A stretch of 64,000 bases of DNA from the NCBI GenBank assembly GCA_964016885.1, contig OZ024745.1:13888001-13952000 (forward strand), in the 5' to 3' direction. Source of the DNA: Eledone cirrhosa (lineage: Eukaryota). The notes under the pieces were generated by a model. The model was not told where the DNA came from. It saw only the letters and a program-made list of their open reading frames with translations, and searched no databases. Positions 62,293 to 64,000 of the stretch are shown here, piece after piece. The translations under genes were made by a program, and so were the position numbers. Position 1 is the stretch's first letter, and every line of letters begins with the position of its first letter.

Positions 62293-63049
62293 ATTTTTAT
62301 ATTTTCATTGTTAAATTAGTCTTGTCATTGTGCACTTTTATTCGACCTTATTGTAAACCCCCACTGTCCCTGTCTTTGTATTGTCCCCTACATGTCGGCC
62401 CTTGTGGCTAATAAATGAAATTATTATTATTATTATATGGAGAGGTGTTGATAGTCAGAAAAGAAAATCGTCTGCTTACTTTTTTTCTTTTCTTTTTTAC
62501 AAAATATTTGAAATGTTTTAACTTTAGCTACCGGAGTAACAGAACTACTTTAACAAAACCCAAGCTGGGAACCACTGCTGCAGTGAATAACATCCATTCT
62601 CATAGATATAAAAAAACAAAAAAAATGTTGTTGATCAAATTGTAATACAAATAAGACAAATAAGCATGTCATTATTTCTGTGGAGACAAAAATAACAAAA
62701 AACTAAATGTAAATATTTAATAATTGACAAAGTCAGGGAAATTATGTGAAACAGTCACGAAATAAAGACCAGTTAAAAATAAACCCAGTGCAGTATGTCT
62801 AGTGTATAAAAGTTAGATGACCTACATTCTCACAACTATGTTGTTGTTGTTGCTGTCACTACTGACTGAAGAATGTCATTAAACAGTATTGTCCCCTATA
62901 TGTAGGCCCTTGTGGCCAATAAAGAAAGAATTATTACTATTAAATCAACTTTTCCCTCTCCCCAAATTGCTGGCCTTGTGCTTGTAGTAGAAACCATTAT
63001 TACTACTACTATTCACTGGTACAATATGATATATTTTACTAATGACATG

Positions 63050-63057
63050 AGAGTGTC

Positions 63058-63136
<79 letters not shown>

Positions 63137-64000
63137 TTATGTGTATATGAGTGTCTGTGTGAGTATGTATGTAAGTGTCTGTGTGTGTGAGTATGTGTAT
63201 ATATGAGTGTGTGTGAGTATGTATGTAAGTGTCTGTGTGTGTGATTATGTGTATATGAGTGTGTGTGAGTATGTATGTACAGTGTCTGTGTGTGTGAGTA
63301 TGTATGTAAGTGTCTGTGTGTGTGATTATGTGTATATGAGTGTCTGTGTGAGTATGTATGTAAGTGTCTGTGTGTGTGTGTGTGATTATGTGTATATGAG
63401 TATCTGTGGGTGTGATTATGTGTATATGAGTGTATGTGAGTATGTATGTAAGTGTGTGTGTGTGAGTATGTATGTAAGTGTCTGTGTGAGTATGTGTATA
63501 TGAGTGTGTGTGAGTATGTATGTAAGTGTATGTGTGTGTGATTATGTGTATATGAGTGTCTGTGTGAGTATGTATGTAAGTGTCTGTGTGTGTGATTATG
63601 TGTATATGAGTGTGTGTGAGTATGTATGTAAGTGTCTGTGTGTGTGAGTATGTGTATATGAGTGTGTGTGAGTATGTATGTAAGTGTCTGTGATTATGTG
63701 TATATGAGTGTCTGTGTGAGTATGTATGTAAGTGTGTGTGTGTGAGTATGTATGTAAGTGTCTGTGTGTGTGAGTATGTGTATATGAGTGTGTGTGAGTA
63801 TGTATGTAAGTGTCTGTGTGATTATGTGTATATGAGTGTGTGAGTATGTATGTAAGTGTCTGTGTGAGTGTGTATATGAGTGTCTGTGTGAGTATGTATG
63901 TAAGTATCTGTGTGTGTGAGTATGTGTATACGAGTGTGTGTGAGTATGTATGTAAGTGTGTGTGTGATTATGTGAATATGAGTGTGTGTGAGTATGTATG
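63050..64000. repeat. (GT)n and a GT-rich higher-order minisatellite (gagtatgtatgtaagtgtctgtgtg / gattatgtgtatat)
   Basis: Visible. Confidence 0.93.

Overview
AT-rich, repeat-dense eukaryotic DNA, most likely an octopus or other cephalopod (inferred from the tRNA-SINE families, RTE LINEs with (GAT)n tails and multi-kb (TA)n fields). Two spliced genes converge. On + are the last six coding exons of an SMCR8 homolog (530-6425). On - are four coding exons of a divergent GRB2/drk-family SH3-SH2-SH3 adaptor (30736 to 18260); I could not find its first coding exon, so 30.7-64 kb appears to be one large intron. The rest is SINEs, hAT and Tc/mariner MITEs, CR1-like and RTE LINE fragments, a Penelope-like element (RT + GIY-YIG), minisatellites, kb-scale (TA)n/(CA)n tracts and a 200-N gap. 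Nearly all long ORFs in the supplied track are microsatellite artefacts. The least expected signal is a set of type I hammerhead ribozyme (HHR) motifs from at least four unrelated non-coding element families. These include a 466-bp terminally redundant retrozyme-like unit (58741-59241), fold-back elements with an HHR carrying a ~60-nt stem II on both strands (12.7 kb, 32.8 kb), and a 1.2-kb palindrome with a minimal HHR in each arm (55.1-56.3 kb). All folds were paired by eye; none was computed or tested.
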